A stretch of 64,000 nucleotides of DNA from a bacterium (GCA_965216315.1 CBDCFN010000016.1:1888001-1952000), one strand, 5' to 3'. Shown: positions 29,068 to 38,734, counted from the stretch's first letter. Numbers and translations are program-made. The notes: generated from the sequence alone by a model not told the origin.

Positions 29068-30505
29068 GAGTCGTTTTCAGACGTTGCAGGAGCTTGTCGT
29101 GAATCCCTCCAAAACCCCCATTGGAAAGTATCGCTATCACGTCACCGGCACGTGCTTCCTGTGCGACGCAAGCCACAATATCGTCGATTTCAGCAATGGC
29201 TCGGGCCTCGGTACCCGCAGCTTGGATATCTTCAGCTACTTGCTCGACATCTAAGAGTCGCTCAGGCGGAATCTTGCCATTGTCATAGGCCGCGGCAATA
29301 ACCACCTGATCCGCACCACCTAAAGAGTCGGCAAATTCTTTTTGAAATATGTTCTGTCGACTTGTATTCGAACGTGGCTCAAAAACAGCCCATACGCGGC
29401 GTCCTGCATATTGCGCTTTTAAGGCGGCAAGCGTCTCACGAATGGCCGTCGGGTGATGAGCAAAATCATCGATAACCGTTACGTCACGAACCACGCCTCG
29501 AATCTCTTGGCGCCGCTTAATGCCTTCAAAGCCATTCAAACCTTTATTAATTTCATCTACCGTAACTCCAAGACGGGTAAGACACGCAAAGACAGCGATA
29601 AGGTTCAACGCATTATGTCTTCCGGGAAGCGGATTGATCAGCTCATGGTTTTTTTTCTGTGGATCCTGAAACAGAATTTTCGTCCCCGTTGTCACGGCCT
29701 CCGTAGAAAGCAGCTGATAATCAGCATCATCCGCTTCACCGAATAAAGTCACGGGGCACGCAGCATGACCTATGAGTTTGCGCACATTAGTACTATCCGC
29801 GCAGGCAAAGAGATGGCCCTCTCCAGGAATCAATTCAACAAAGGCTTTAAAAGCCGCCATGACGGCGTCTAAATCGGCATAAATATCTGCATGATCAAAT
29901 TCAACAGGATTCAGAATAGCGTAATAAGGACGGTAATGAAGAAACTTGGGCGTCTTATCAAAAAAAGCCGTGTCGTACTCGTCTCCTTCCGTTACAAAAA
30001 AACCACCTTTGCCAAGACCCCATGAACGACCGAAGTTTTGGAGTATCCCTCCGACGAGAAAACCCGGATCGCGCCCCGCAGCCGTAAGGAGCCAGGCTAA
30101 ATAAGCGGAGGTCGTCGTCTTTCCGTGAGTCCCGGCAACAACGATGGATTTGCTTTGCTTTAAAAAGAACTCCGCCAAAGCATCTGCCATGGAAACGCAG
30201 GGAACACCAAACTGCTCAACAGCTTCTACCTCGGGATGCCCTTTGGAAATAGCATTTCCGATAATCACCAAATCGGCATCTGGTGGCACATTATCGGCGC
30301 TATAGCCTTCGATCAGTTCGATACCCTGTTCACGCAGCTGATCGCTCATGGGAGGATAGGTGTGCGCATCAGAGCCTGAGACCTGGTACCCTGCACCCTT
30401 GAGCAGGCCCGCCAAGCTCCCCATGCCCATTCCACAAATCGCAATGCAATAGATCTTTTTTACTGAATCAATATCAACTGAGGTAATGTTGAAAGAGGGC
30501 ATCAT
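29057..30505 (-). CDS. mpl: UDP-MurNAc:L-Ala-gamma-D-Glu-mDAP ligase
   Basis: ICGMGMGSLA, EGDEYDTAFFDK, DDFAHHPTAI, FEPRSNT and SNGGFGGIH motifs. Confidence 0.93.
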   Translation of the reverse strand: MMPSFNITSVDIDSVKKIYCIAICGMGMGSLAGLLKGAGYQVSGSDAHTYPPMSDQLREQGIELIEGYSADNVPPDADLVIIGNAISKGHPEVEAVEQFGVPCVSMADALAEFFLKQSKSIVVAGTHGKTTTSAYLAWLLTAAGRDPGFLVGGILQNFGRSWGLGKGGFFVTEGDEYDTAFFDKTPKFLHYRPYYAILNPVEFDHADIYADLDAVMAAFKAFVELIPGEGHLFACADSTNVRKLIGHAACPVTLFGEADDADYQLLSTEAVTTGTKILFQDPQKKNHELINPLPGRHNALNLIAVFACLTRLGVTVDEINKGLNGFEGIKRRQEIRGVVRDVTVIDDFAHHPTAIRETLAALKAQYAGRRVWAVFEPRSNTSRQNIFQKEFADSLGGADQVVIAAAYDNGKIPPERLLDVEQVAEDIQAAGTEARAIAEIDDIVACVAQEARAGDVIAILSNGGFGGIHDKLLQRLKTTHEA

Positions 30506-31508
30506 GAATTTTTGGTCGGAACTCCTTTATGGTCTCATTGGCACGATTCGGATGGATACGGTTAGTCAAGAGAATCGCGATGACCTCCCGATCCAGATCA
30601 ATCCACATCGAACAACCGGTAAAACCGAGATGACCAATCGCATTTGTCGGGAAAAACTGCCCGGCTTGAGACTGAGGCCGTGAAGGCCGATCCCATCCCA
30701 AGCATTCCGATCCCACAAAAGCCTTGATTGTCTCGGCCTTCAACCACGAGCTGTCACCACGCACCGCTCGCACGAATTCACGGGCGAACTTATGACAGTC
30801 CTCCAGGCTTGTAAAGACGCCAGCATGGCCGGCAACACCGCCTAATACATAGGCATTTTCGTCATGAACTTCTCCACAGAGAATACGCCGCCGCCAGGAA
30901 TTCTCCTCGGTCGGCGCGACATTTTCTTTAGAGTTATCCACAGGTCCATAGCGGGTCGCTCGCAGGCCGAGTGGCGTAGAGACCTCTGCTTTTAAGAGGC
31001 TAGCGAGATCACATGCACTTTTTGATTCAAGAATGGCACCTAAGATAATGAAATCTAAATCACTATAGATATATTTCTCTCCCAGTTTTCCTTCAGGCTC
31101 TAGTTGAGCTATCCAAGCTAAATACTGATCCCGACGTTCAACGAGGTTTTCTGTGGATAACTTTTCAGGATCAAACTGCTCAAAAAATGGGCGATACGCG
31201 GGCAAGCCACTCTTGTGCGCAAGCAATTGCCGAATGGTCGCCGTCGCATAAGGGCCCCCGCTAAATGCCTTCACTATCTCGGCAAGAGGCTGATCAAGCT
31301 CAAGCCGGCCTTGTTCATAGAGTCGCATGGCAATGGCCGTCGTCGGCAGGACCTTCGTCAGCGAGGCGATGTCATAAAGAGTCTCCACCGTGGCCGCTCC
31401 ATAAGCGGCTCGATGCAAAATCTCATCGCCTTTGGCAAAGAGCAAGGTAGCCGACGGGAATATCCCAGAGCTGATGCCTTCATTCATTAATTGATCGATT
31501 GGATTCAT
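30474..31508 (-). CDS. serine hydrolase, beta-lactamase/AmiE-like family
   Basis: SLTK (SxxK), YSD, VHDENA..GGVAGHAG and GHLGFTG motifs; no signal peptide. Confidence 0.85.
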   Translation of the reverse strand: MNPIDQLMNEGISSGIFPSATLLFAKGDEILHRAAYGAATVETLYDIASLTKVLPTTAIAMRLYEQGRLELDQPLAEIVKAFSGGPYATATIRQLLAHKSGLPAYRPFFEQFDPEKLSTENLVERRDQYLAWIAQLEPEGKLGEKYIYSDLDFIILGAILESKSACDLASLLKAEVSTPLGLRATRYGPVDNSKENVAPTEENSWRRRILCGEVHDENAYVLGGVAGHAGVFTSLEDCHKFAREFVRAVRGDSSWLKAETIKAFVGSECLGWDRPSRPQSQAGQFFPTNAIGHLGFTGCSMWIDLDREVIAILLTNRIHPNRANETIKEFRPKIHDALFQHYLS

Positions 31509-31513
31509 GATAT

Positions 31514-31596
31514 GTCCCCCTCCCCTTACAAAGGGGAGGGTTAGGGTGGGGTCTTTAAAAGACCTCCCCTTAATCCCCTCCTTTGCAAGGAGGGGA
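31514..31596. repeat. inverted REP-like doublet (REPIN-like)
   Basis: CCCTCCCCTTacaAAGGGGAGGGttagggtggggTC followed by an inverted imperfect copy GACCTCCCCTTAATCCCCTCCTTtgcAAGGAGGGG. Confidence 0.75.
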
Positions 31597-31607
31597 AATG
31601 CAGTTTG

Positions 31608-32504
31608 TCATAACAGACTCAATTCACCCTTGCGTGTATCTAAACTCACGCGCTGCCCAATAGGTAAAGTAAATGGTTTGTTTAAATGACCAAACGGAAA
31701 ATTAAAGACAACAGGCCCTTTGAAACCCTTCAATATTTCCTTCAGCATTCCTTTCCACTCCTGCGGCAAACTCTTCTCTCGTGACAATTCAATACTTGAA
31801 ACCAGCATACCCCGTACTCCAGTCAAGAGTCCGCTCTGTTTAAGGTGGAGGAGGAGACGTTCAAAACGATAGAGCGACTCGTTGATATCTTCGAGCAACA
31901 AGATACTGTTACGCGTCTTCATTTCATAACGCGTGCCCACGCTCATACTGATTAATGACAGGCATCCACCAACAAGGGTTCCAGTTGCCTTGCCGCTCTT
32001 GAGAATAGACGACTTTGCAAGCTTCCACGTCGGACCCAATTCTTTACCAAATAAGATGCGCTTATAATCCCGTCGCACTTTGGTTCCCTCTTTCGCGCCT
32101 AAACTGCCAAGCGTAGGACCATAGTAGGTCATGAGCTCTGTCTGTGAGCCAATGCGATCCAGCAACAGGGTCAGATCGCTGTATCCGATGATACGTTTAG
32201 GATAACGGCGTAATCGCCCAAATTTTAGTTGTGGCAGGATGTGATGCAGACCGAAACCACCGCGCGCGAAGAGGATGGCCTTGATATCACTCCTATCGAT
32301 CAGCGACTGCAACTCATTGAGGCGGCGCCGGTGCGTCCCTGCAAAGTACCGGTGGGACTTAAAGATATCGCTTCGAAAGACGGGTTGGAGACCCCATTGT
32401 TCGAGAACACGTACACCGCGCATAAAGCGGGTCCGATTGACCGCCCCGCTCGGGGCCGCGATGCCGACTTTATCACCGGGTTGTAATGGCAATGCTGTTC
32501 TCAT
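31608..32504 (-). CDS. ldcA: LD-carboxypeptidase (peptidase S66)
   Basis: ARGGFG, GYSDLT, GGCLS, LLEDINE and FGH motifs. Confidence 0.9.
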   Translation of the reverse strand: MRTALPLQPGDKVGIAAPSGAVNRTRFMRGVRVLEQWGLQPVFRSDIFKSHRYFAGTHRRRLNELQSLIDRSDIKAILFARGGFGLHHILPQLKFGRLRRYPKRIIGYSDLTLLLDRIGSQTELMTYYGPTLGSLGAKEGTKVRRDYKRILFGKELGPTWKLAKSSILKSGKATGTLVGGCLSLISMSVGTRYEMKTRNSILLLEDINESLYRFERLLLHLKQSGLLTGVRGMLVSSIELSREKSLPQEWKGMLKEILKGFKGPVVFNFPFGHLNKPFTLPIGQRVSLDTRKGELSLL

Positions 32505-32561
32505 GGGCTACCGTTATACGTAGCCATAGAACGATGATCAAGAATAGATTACCTACAGCCT

Positions 32562-33455
32562 TTAATAGCCGTACTTACTCTCCCGCCCCAGCTCTTTCAA
32601 CAGAGAATCCACCTCTTTTTTGAGCTCAACCATATCCAATTCACGCCCGACCATAAACTTATTCATATATTCTAGATGCAACTTCTCATGCTTCAACTGG
32701 GCCTCGGTACGATTTCTTTCTTCTTCGATCTGCTTGCGCTTGAAAAAACCGGGGATCTCATATTCGCTGACATCCCTCGTCTGCTTCGTTTCTTTCTTTA
32801 GATAGTCCTGGATATAGTCCTCAATCTTGGAGGGATGTGCCATAATGAAGCGACAGGCTGAATCACTTGCTGTCTTCGCCTTGCACATAATCTCCGATGC
32901 CACCAGCGTGACTCCAAAACTCTCCTCGCACCAACCCGAAGAATATCCCGCATTCATGATACATACAGGCACCTGACTTGTTTTGTTCGCTTTAATCCAA
33001 GACTCGGATTCAAATGAATAGGGATGATTATACACGATGCAAAAGTTTTCATCCGGTGTCGGTTTTGACTCGGGAAGAATATCGACAAAGGCCCAGCCCG
33101 AGTAAGAAAACAGGATCGGGCCTGCCGAAAGTTTCTCAAGCGGATCTTTTAAGTCCATCCGCTCGTGAAAAGCCCGCGCATCCGTCTTACCAAGGGCATG
33201 CGCCAGGTCAAACAGGAGTTGCCGGGCCACTTCGAACGACTTCTCTTCTCCTTGATCACGGTAGAGATGCTTGACCGTCTCAATAAAGTCGACCGACATG
33301 GAAGCGGCACGCACGAGTATATATCGCTCCCCAAATATAGAGATCGTCCCCTTCGATGGATCTTCAATTTTTTCACTGAAATAGTGCGCGACCTTCTCTT
33401 GGGCCTCTTCAAAAATCGACTCGATCTCTTTAGGAACTTTGGCGGTTTTCAACAT
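32562..33455 (-). CDS. V4R/XylR-N ligand-binding protein with C-terminal coiled coil and no output domain
   Basis: GERYILVRA, PVCIMNAGYSSGWC...EIMC...CRF motifs; ends GRELDMVELKKEV. Confidence 0.8.
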   Translation of the reverse strand: MLKTAKVPKEIESIFEEAQEKVAHYFSEKIEDPSKGTISIFGERYILVRAASMSVDFIETVKHLYRDQGEEKSFEVARQLLFDLAHALGKTDARAFHERMDLKDPLEKLSAGPILFSYSGWAFVDILPESKPTPDENFCIVYNHPYSFESESWIKANKTSQVPVCIMNAGYSSGWCEESFGVTLVASEIMCKAKTASDSACRFIMAHPSKIEDYIQDYLKKETKQTRDVSEYEIPGFFKRKQIEEERNRTEAQLKHEKLHLEYMNKFMVGRELDMVELKKEVDSLLKELGRESKYGY

Positions 33456-33577
33456 GACTAAGGTCATTGTAGATATCGACGCATTAAGAAACAAGGACAA
33501 GATTTTATCCAAGCGACCGAATCACGGATAAACCAATAACCACGCACCTATTTTATTGGTTGAAAGCAAATTTTCTT

Positions 33578-33605
33578 CGCAACTTCTAAGCATCGCTTTC
33601 GAGAT
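33578..33605 (+). promoter_or_regulatory. alternative-sigma-like promoter CGCAAC-N14-TTCGAGAT (weak -10)
   Basis: CGCAACttctaagcatcgctTTCGAGAT, 8 nt before ATG 33614. Confidence 0.4.
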
Positions 33606-33613
33606 AGCGACAT

Positions 33614-34756
33614 ATGAATGCACTGTCTGCGAATATCGTCAATTCGCAACTGATCGGGGCCTTGACGCTCACGGCCCACTACGTCACGGCCGGTCAACCC
33701 GTGGCGGAAGCCTGTCAACGTGCACGCTTGAGAACAGCCTTGCGAGAGTGTCAAAGCGATCCCCAATTAGTGCAGCTATCTCAAACAATCGACACGGTTG
33801 AACATCAAAACGAATCACAAACAACAGCGGCTCTTTGTGACGCGATTATCGTCGTCAAGGAACAACTTCGCGAAACAGACCCTGATTATCTCCTCTTAAC
33901 TGAGGCCCACCAACAGCTTCAGAGCTTGGAAGCAGGGAACAGTATTGCGCCGGAACGACGGCCCTCAGGAATCCAGGCACGAATCCCGTCGCGAACACAA
34001 TTAGTACGCGAGCTGGAAACACTATTAGCAGAAATGCAGGACCTCGCTCATGATATCAAAAGCCCCGTCCATGTAATATCCTCCTGCATCGAATATCTGG
34101 AACCAACAATTGATCCCGAAATCGCATCGGATATGCACTTAAGCCTGAATAATTTGAGGGGACTTATCACGGTTCTTGATCGCCTCTCCCAGCCGGAATA
34201 TCAAAAGTCAATCAATCATCCGATTGACTTGCGTCTTTATGTCCAACCCGCACTTATTAGCCGGATGTTTCGAAAACAAACAAAGCCCATTGGATTAAAC
34301 TGGCATGTTTCAAATGAACCATTGACGATTCACGCTAATGGAATCGCCTTAGGCCGCATCATTGATAATCTAATTACCAACTCGATTGAAGCGATGCAAG
34401 ATACCGAACGGCGCGAACTCCGAATCGCAGCGACGGCTATCGACTTAGATGACGATGACACCCGACAAAAAATTACCACCGTGATCGAGCAGGCAGGGAT
34501 TCATATTGGCCACGCGATTCATTATGGACAATACGTGCATTTAAAGATCGAGGACAGTGGGATGGGCATGGATGAGGAAACCATGCATCACATGTTTGAG
34601 CGCTACTTCTCGACCAAAGCGATAGCCGCCAACCATGTCCGCGGCCTGGGCATGCACCGTGCCCAAAAAGAGATCATTGCAATGAATGGTTCCCTGTACG
34701 TGATCAGTGAACCAGGTCAAGGAACGCAGTTTCATCTGTTCTTTCCGCAATACTAG
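33614..34756 (+). CDS. soluble orphan histidine kinase
   Basis: H-box LAHDIKSP, N-box NLITNSIEA, DSGMGM, FERYFSTK, GLG; no TM segment or recognisable sensor domain. Confidence 0.85.
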   Translation: MNALSANIVNSQLIGALTLTAHYVTAGQPVAEACQRARLRTALRECQSDPQLVQLSQTIDTVEHQNESQTTAALCDAIIVVKEQLRETDPDYLLLTEAHQQLQSLEAGNSIAPERRPSGIQARIPSRTQLVRELETLLAEMQDLAHDIKSPVHVISSCIEYLEPTIDPEIASDMHLSLNNLRGLITVLDRLSQPEYQKSINHPIDLRLYVQPALISRMFRKQTKPIGLNWHVSNEPLTIHANGIALGRIIDNLITNSIEAMQDTERRELRIAATAIDLDDDDTRQKITTVIEQAGIHIGHAIHYGQYVHLKIEDSGMGMDEETMHHMFERYFSTKAIAANHVRGLGMHRAQKEIIAMNGSLYVISEPGQGTQFHLFFPQY

Positions 34757-34896
34757 CTCCACCTGAATTTCCATCTTTCTTCAGAATGAGCATTTCTCAA
34801 TAAAGAACATTCGCATAGAAGATTTCCAATCTCTTATTTCCACAGAGAATCTCTTAATTTCCCTTTAAATACAATTAGTTAGATAATTTCCATCCT

Positions 34897-34913
34897 TTGG
34901 CACGGATGCTGCA
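34897..34913 (+). promoter_or_regulatory. sigma-54 (-24/-12) promoter
   Basis: TTGGCACggatgcTGCA, near consensus, with an AT-rich upstream region. Confidence 0.75.
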
Positions 34914-34964
34914 TTTACAAACTCCCGAGATGAACTGTCACTGCTAATTTTAAGGAGCGTTGAA

Positions 34965-36356
34965 ATGAAAACCTCGAATCACCGCCGCTTGTCCGGCTTC
35001 GTCCTCATAATGTGCGTTGCTCTCACCCTTACGGCCTGCCCGAAACAGGACGGTGGGGATGACGCGAAACCAGCAGAAAAAAAGGCGGAACCAGCCGTCA
35101 GCATCGTCCCTGATTGCGACAAGACCGCAAAAAATCCCATTTACAAAAAAGCTGCAGAACTCACCCAAGAGATCATTGAAAAACTGAAACTTGGAGACAA
35201 GTTTAAAGACAAGAAAATCAAAATCGTCTTGGAAGAAGTCGTGCCTGGTAAAAAGAATCCACCCTTACTCGGATCCACCACAGTTGATGAAAGTGATCCC
35301 AATACTGTAACGATTACAATCTCCGCTTTTCTTCAGGTCAGTTATGATATGACGGCGAAAGGAGGAGATGCAGCCAAGAAGATTGCGGACCAAATCTTGT
35401 TGTACGTTCTAGCGCATGAACTTGAACATGCCTGCGCGGATTTGCCCGCCGATAGTCTTACCCGAAAATTCAACAAGGCCTATGACGCAGTCGGCAAGAA
35501 AATTGAGGAATTAGAAACGGCTGTCAAAGAGGGAAAAAAGACCGAAAAAGAAACCCGCAAGGAAATGAAAAAGCTCCTCATTGAAATGAAACGAGTCGAA
35601 CTCGAAAATGAAGAACATGAATTAGCGGAAGAGAAGCGCATCCAAAAAAAATCACGAGAAGAACACAAGAGCACGTTCGGTCTTCCTGACAATATTGTCG
35701 AATATCTCCAAGGCTTAGAGGCCAAGGTCAACGCCGCCCGCGAGGCAAAGATCAAGAAGCTTAAAAAAGAACTCAAAGACCTCGGAGTTGACATCGACAA
35801 AGAGCGAGAAGAGGACGCCAAGAAAAAAACCGAGGAAGAAAAGAAAGCGGATGACGACAAATCGAGCTTTTACCCCGAAGACTCAGGGTCCTTTTTTGGT
35901 AACGGCCTCTGCGGTCTAGGCACCGTTGACCTCGATGTCGTCGACGGCTCGGTCTTGCTTTACGGAGAAACAGGTGAACCCGTCACCCTGGAGTTGACCG
36001 AAGCGGGAGAAAACGCCGCAAGCGGCGTCGCCTATGTTTTCGACCTCCCTCATGATTGTCAGATATCACGGACCAGTGTCATGGTTGAATCCGAGTTGAT
36101 CTCACACGAATGCGTCTCCGTCACCGGAGTGCAAGACTGTGATGAAAAAAACGAAGAACTCGATACAAGTAATATTGAAAGTGAAAACCTGGATGGAATC
36201 ATGGTCCCAATTCACGACGACATCACAGTGGACGACCTAACAGGCGATGAGCCGGGCATCTACTGTTCTGCCGAAACCGAACAAGTCCTCATGGGCTTCA
36301 CCTTAAGCTGCCAGCACTCCAGCGGTGCCAGTTGTAACGAAGTCTTTAGTCTCTAG
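34965..36356 (+). CDS. lipoprotein with HExxH motif, Lys/Glu coiled coil and Cys-rich C-terminal domain
   Basis: AAGGAG SD; lipobox LTAC; VLAHELEH. Confidence 0.7.
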   Translation: MKTSNHRRLSGFVLIMCVALTLTACPKQDGGDDAKPAEKKAEPAVSIVPDCDKTAKNPIYKKAAELTQEIIEKLKLGDKFKDKKIKIVLEEVVPGKKNPPLLGSTTVDESDPNTVTITISAFLQVSYDMTAKGGDAAKKIADQILLYVLAHELEHACADLPADSLTRKFNKAYDAVGKKIEELETAVKEGKKTEKETRKEMKKLLIEMKRVELENEEHELAEEKRIQKKSREEHKSTFGLPDNIVEYLQGLEAKVNAAREAKIKKLKKELKDLGVDIDKEREEDAKKKTEEEKKADDDKSSFYPEDSGSFFGNGLCGLGTVDLDVVDGSVLLYGETGEPVTLELTEAGENAASGVAYVFDLPHDCQISRTSVMVESELISHECVSVTGVQDCDEKNEELDTSNIESENLDGIMVPIHDDITVDDLTGDEPGIYCSAETEQVLMGFTLSCQHSSGASCNEVFSL

Positions 36357-36463
36357 CCACAGGAGGGACCCGCGCAAGCTGTTGATTTTGTTTGGTTCTT
36401 GTGCGGGTTCCCTGGAGATTTTCATTGCATCCCCTCACCCCTTCTGTTAGACAAACCGGCCAT

Positions 36464-37351
36464 ATGGCCAAGAAAACCGCAAATATCCTCCGTTTAGGCA
36501 TCCCCAAGGGCTCCCTGCAGGAATCCACCGCGCGCCTGTTCCAGAAGGCCGGCTACCGCATCAATATTAGGAGCCGTTCCTACAAGCCCGAGATCGATGA
36601 TCCGGAGATCAACTGCCTCTTGATCCGAGCCCAAGAAATGGCCCGTTATATCGATGAAGGGCTGCTCGACTGCGGATTGACCGGCCGCGATTGGATGCTC
36701 GAGCAGAACTCCAAGGCCGTGGAAGTCGCCGAACTGCGCTACGCCAAGGCCGGGCTACGGCCCGTCCGCTGGGTCATTGCCGTCCCCAACGACTCGAAGA
36801 TCAAGAAAATCAAGGATCTTCAGGGCAAACGCATCGCCACGGAACTCGTCGGCCACACGACGCGCTTTCTCAAAAAACACGGCGTCACTGCCAAAGTGGA
36901 ATTCTCATGGGGCGCCACCGAGGTCAAACCGCCGGAGCTTGCGGATGCCATCGTTGAATTGACCGAGACGGGTTCGAGCCTGCGTGCCAACAACCTGAGA
37001 ATTCTAGATACAATCCTCGAGTCCAACACGCTGCTACTCGCTAATCGCGCCAGCTGGAAAGACAAATGGAAACGGCAGAAGATTGAGAACCTTTGCATGC
37101 TCCTCCAGGGAGCGATCGCCGCAGAAGAAAAAGTCGGTCTGGCACTCAACGCACCGAAGAAGAAAGTCGAGGAGATTTTAAAACTCTTACCCAGTTTGCA
37201 CTCACCGACGGTCAACGATCAGAGTGATTCAAGTTGGGTCTCGGTAGAAGTCATCGTCGATGAGAAGGTTGTGCGCGATATCATTCCCTTACTCCATCGC
37301 GCCGGTGCCACGGGAATAGTGGAATTTCCACTGAACAAAGTTATTCTTTAA
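36464..37351 (+). CDS. hisG: ATP phosphoribosyltransferase (long form)
   Basis: PKGSL, GLTGRDW, FSWGATE, ETGSSL motifs and C-terminal regulatory domain (SPTV). Confidence 0.95.
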   Translation: MAKKTANILRLGIPKGSLQESTARLFQKAGYRINIRSRSYKPEIDDPEINCLLIRAQEMARYIDEGLLDCGLTGRDWMLEQNSKAVEVAELRYAKAGLRPVRWVIAVPNDSKIKKIKDLQGKRIATELVGHTTRFLKKHGVTAKVEFSWGATEVKPPELADAIVELTETGSSLRANNLRILDTILESNTLLLANRASWKDKWKRQKIENLCMLLQGAIAAEEKVGLALNAPKKKVEEILKLLPSLHSPTVNDQSDSSWVSVEVIVDEKVVRDIIPLLHRAGATGIVEFPLNKVIL

Positions 37352-37909
37352 ATGAAGATCATTCAAGTCGGGATATTAGCCCTTGCATTATTTTTGCTCT
37401 GGGTGGTTCTGTCCGGATTCTTTGACGCCTATCATCTCCTTCTGGGTATTCTATCCGTCGCATTGGTCATTACTGCGGTCTGGAAGTTATCGCTGTTTCC
37501 GCGAAAAAAAATGGGTTCGGACGTCTGGACGAGTCTTGCGGGGACGATCCGCTGGCGTTATGGACTCGTCTACCCCTTTATTTTTGCGCTCAATGTAATC
37601 AAGGCCAATCTCCAAGTCGCGGCCCTCGTACTTGATCCCAGGATGCCGATTGATCCCGTATTATTACGGTTTAAAAGCACTTATAAAACCGATGCCGCCA
37701 AAGTTTTACTGGGAAATGCCATTACGCTAACTCCTGGAACGGTAACTCTGGATATAAGAGACCAAGATTTTTATGTTCATGCGCTGAGTCCTCGCCTTGC
37801 GGCCAGTCTGCTAGATGGAACCGATCATAATCACGTCGCCAAAATATTTGGCGAAAAATTACTCGACGGAGTTTCAGTAACCATAACACGCAACCCGGAT
37901 GATTTCTAA
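37352..37909 (+). CDS. mnhE: Na+/H+ antiporter subunit E
   Basis: NAITLTPGT and YVHAL motifs. Confidence 0.9.
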   Translation: MKIIQVGILALALFLLWVVLSGFFDAYHLLLGILSVALVITAVWKLSLFPRKKMGSDVWTSLAGTIRWRYGLVYPFIFALNVIKANLQVAALVLDPRMPIDPVLLRFKSTYKTDAAKVLLGNAITLTPGTVTLDIRDQDFYVHALSPRLAASLLDGTDHNHVAKIFGEKLLDGVSVTITRNPDDF

Positions 37910-38184
37910 TGGACTTAACAGCCTTCCTAATTTTCATTTCGCTTCTCCTGGCCATGGCCTTGTTGATTCCTTTTTACCGGGTCCTGCAAGGACCCACTCT
38001 TTACGATCGCATGGCAGGACTGGGGGTTATCGGTTCCAAAACGCTGGTCTTATTGACTCTCGCCGGCGTGTTGTATGGTCGCCTGGACATGTTTATTGAT
38101 ATCGTTCTCGCTTATTCAATGCTCAACTTTATCGGCACCATTGCTATCTCCAAATACCTCCATGTTCGGGGAGGCAAAACATGA
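37909..38184 (+). CDS. mnhF: Na+/H+ antiporter subunit F
   Basis: RVLQGPTLYDR; 3 TM helices. Confidence 0.9.
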   Translation: MDLTAFLIFISLLLAMALLIPFYRVLQGPTLYDRMAGLGVIGSKTLVLLTLAGVLYGRLDMFIDIVLAYSMLNFIGTIAISKYLHVRGGKT

Positions 38185-38489
38185 TCTTACAAGGTTTTGC
38201 TATTTTTTTGCTGTGCATAGGAAGTTCGTTTTTGCTGTTAGGCAGTATTGGCGTCGTTCGCTTCCCTGATTTTTATTCACGAACGCATGCCATGAGTAAA
38301 CCCGACACCTTGGGCCTGATCTTAACCCTAACCGGCATCGCGATGCTCAATGGCTGGAATCTCGTTTCTCTTAAATTAATACTGGGTGTTTTCTTTATTG
38401 CAATCGCAAATGCTGCAGCCACTCACGTCTTAGGTCGCGCCGCCCTAACCAACGGACTTAAGCCGTGGTCACGAGAGGATAAGCAGTAA
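38181..38489 (+). CDS. mnhG: Na+/H+ antiporter subunit G
   Basis: RFPDFYSRTHA..K..TLG motif. Confidence 0.9.
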   Translation: MILQGFAIFLLCIGSSFLLLGSIGVVRFPDFYSRTHAMSKPDTLGLILTLTGIAMLNGWNLVSLKLILGVFFIAIANAAATHVLGRAALTNGLKPWSREDKQ

Positions 38490-38734
38490 TGGTTTGGTTA
38501 ATCGGCGTAACATTGTTTTCTCTTGCCATCATTGTAGCCGTTGTGTCCCTCTGGGCCAAAGACCTCATGACTTCCGTCGTGACTCTCACCGTCTTCAGCT
38601 TTCTCATGGCGATACTCTATGCCTGGTTTGGCGCCCCCGATGTCGCTCTTAATGAAGCCGTGATTGGAGCCGGGATCAGTGGCGTTTTCTTTGTCATTAC
38701 CATTTATTATACAACCCGCAGGAGTCGCGACTAA
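38489..38734 (+). CDS. antiporter subunit, DUF4040/MbhD-like (split MrpA C-terminal part)
   Basis: APDVALNEAVIGAG motif. Confidence 0.85.
   Translation: MVWLIGVTLFSLAIIVAVVSLWAKDLMTSVVTLTVFSFLMAILYAWFGAPDVALNEAVIGAGISGVFFVITIYYTTRRSRD

Noticed and set aside
30474..31508. Beta-lactam resistance gene
   Set aside because: No signal peptide, and the context (ldcA, mpl) points to peptidoglycan recycling.
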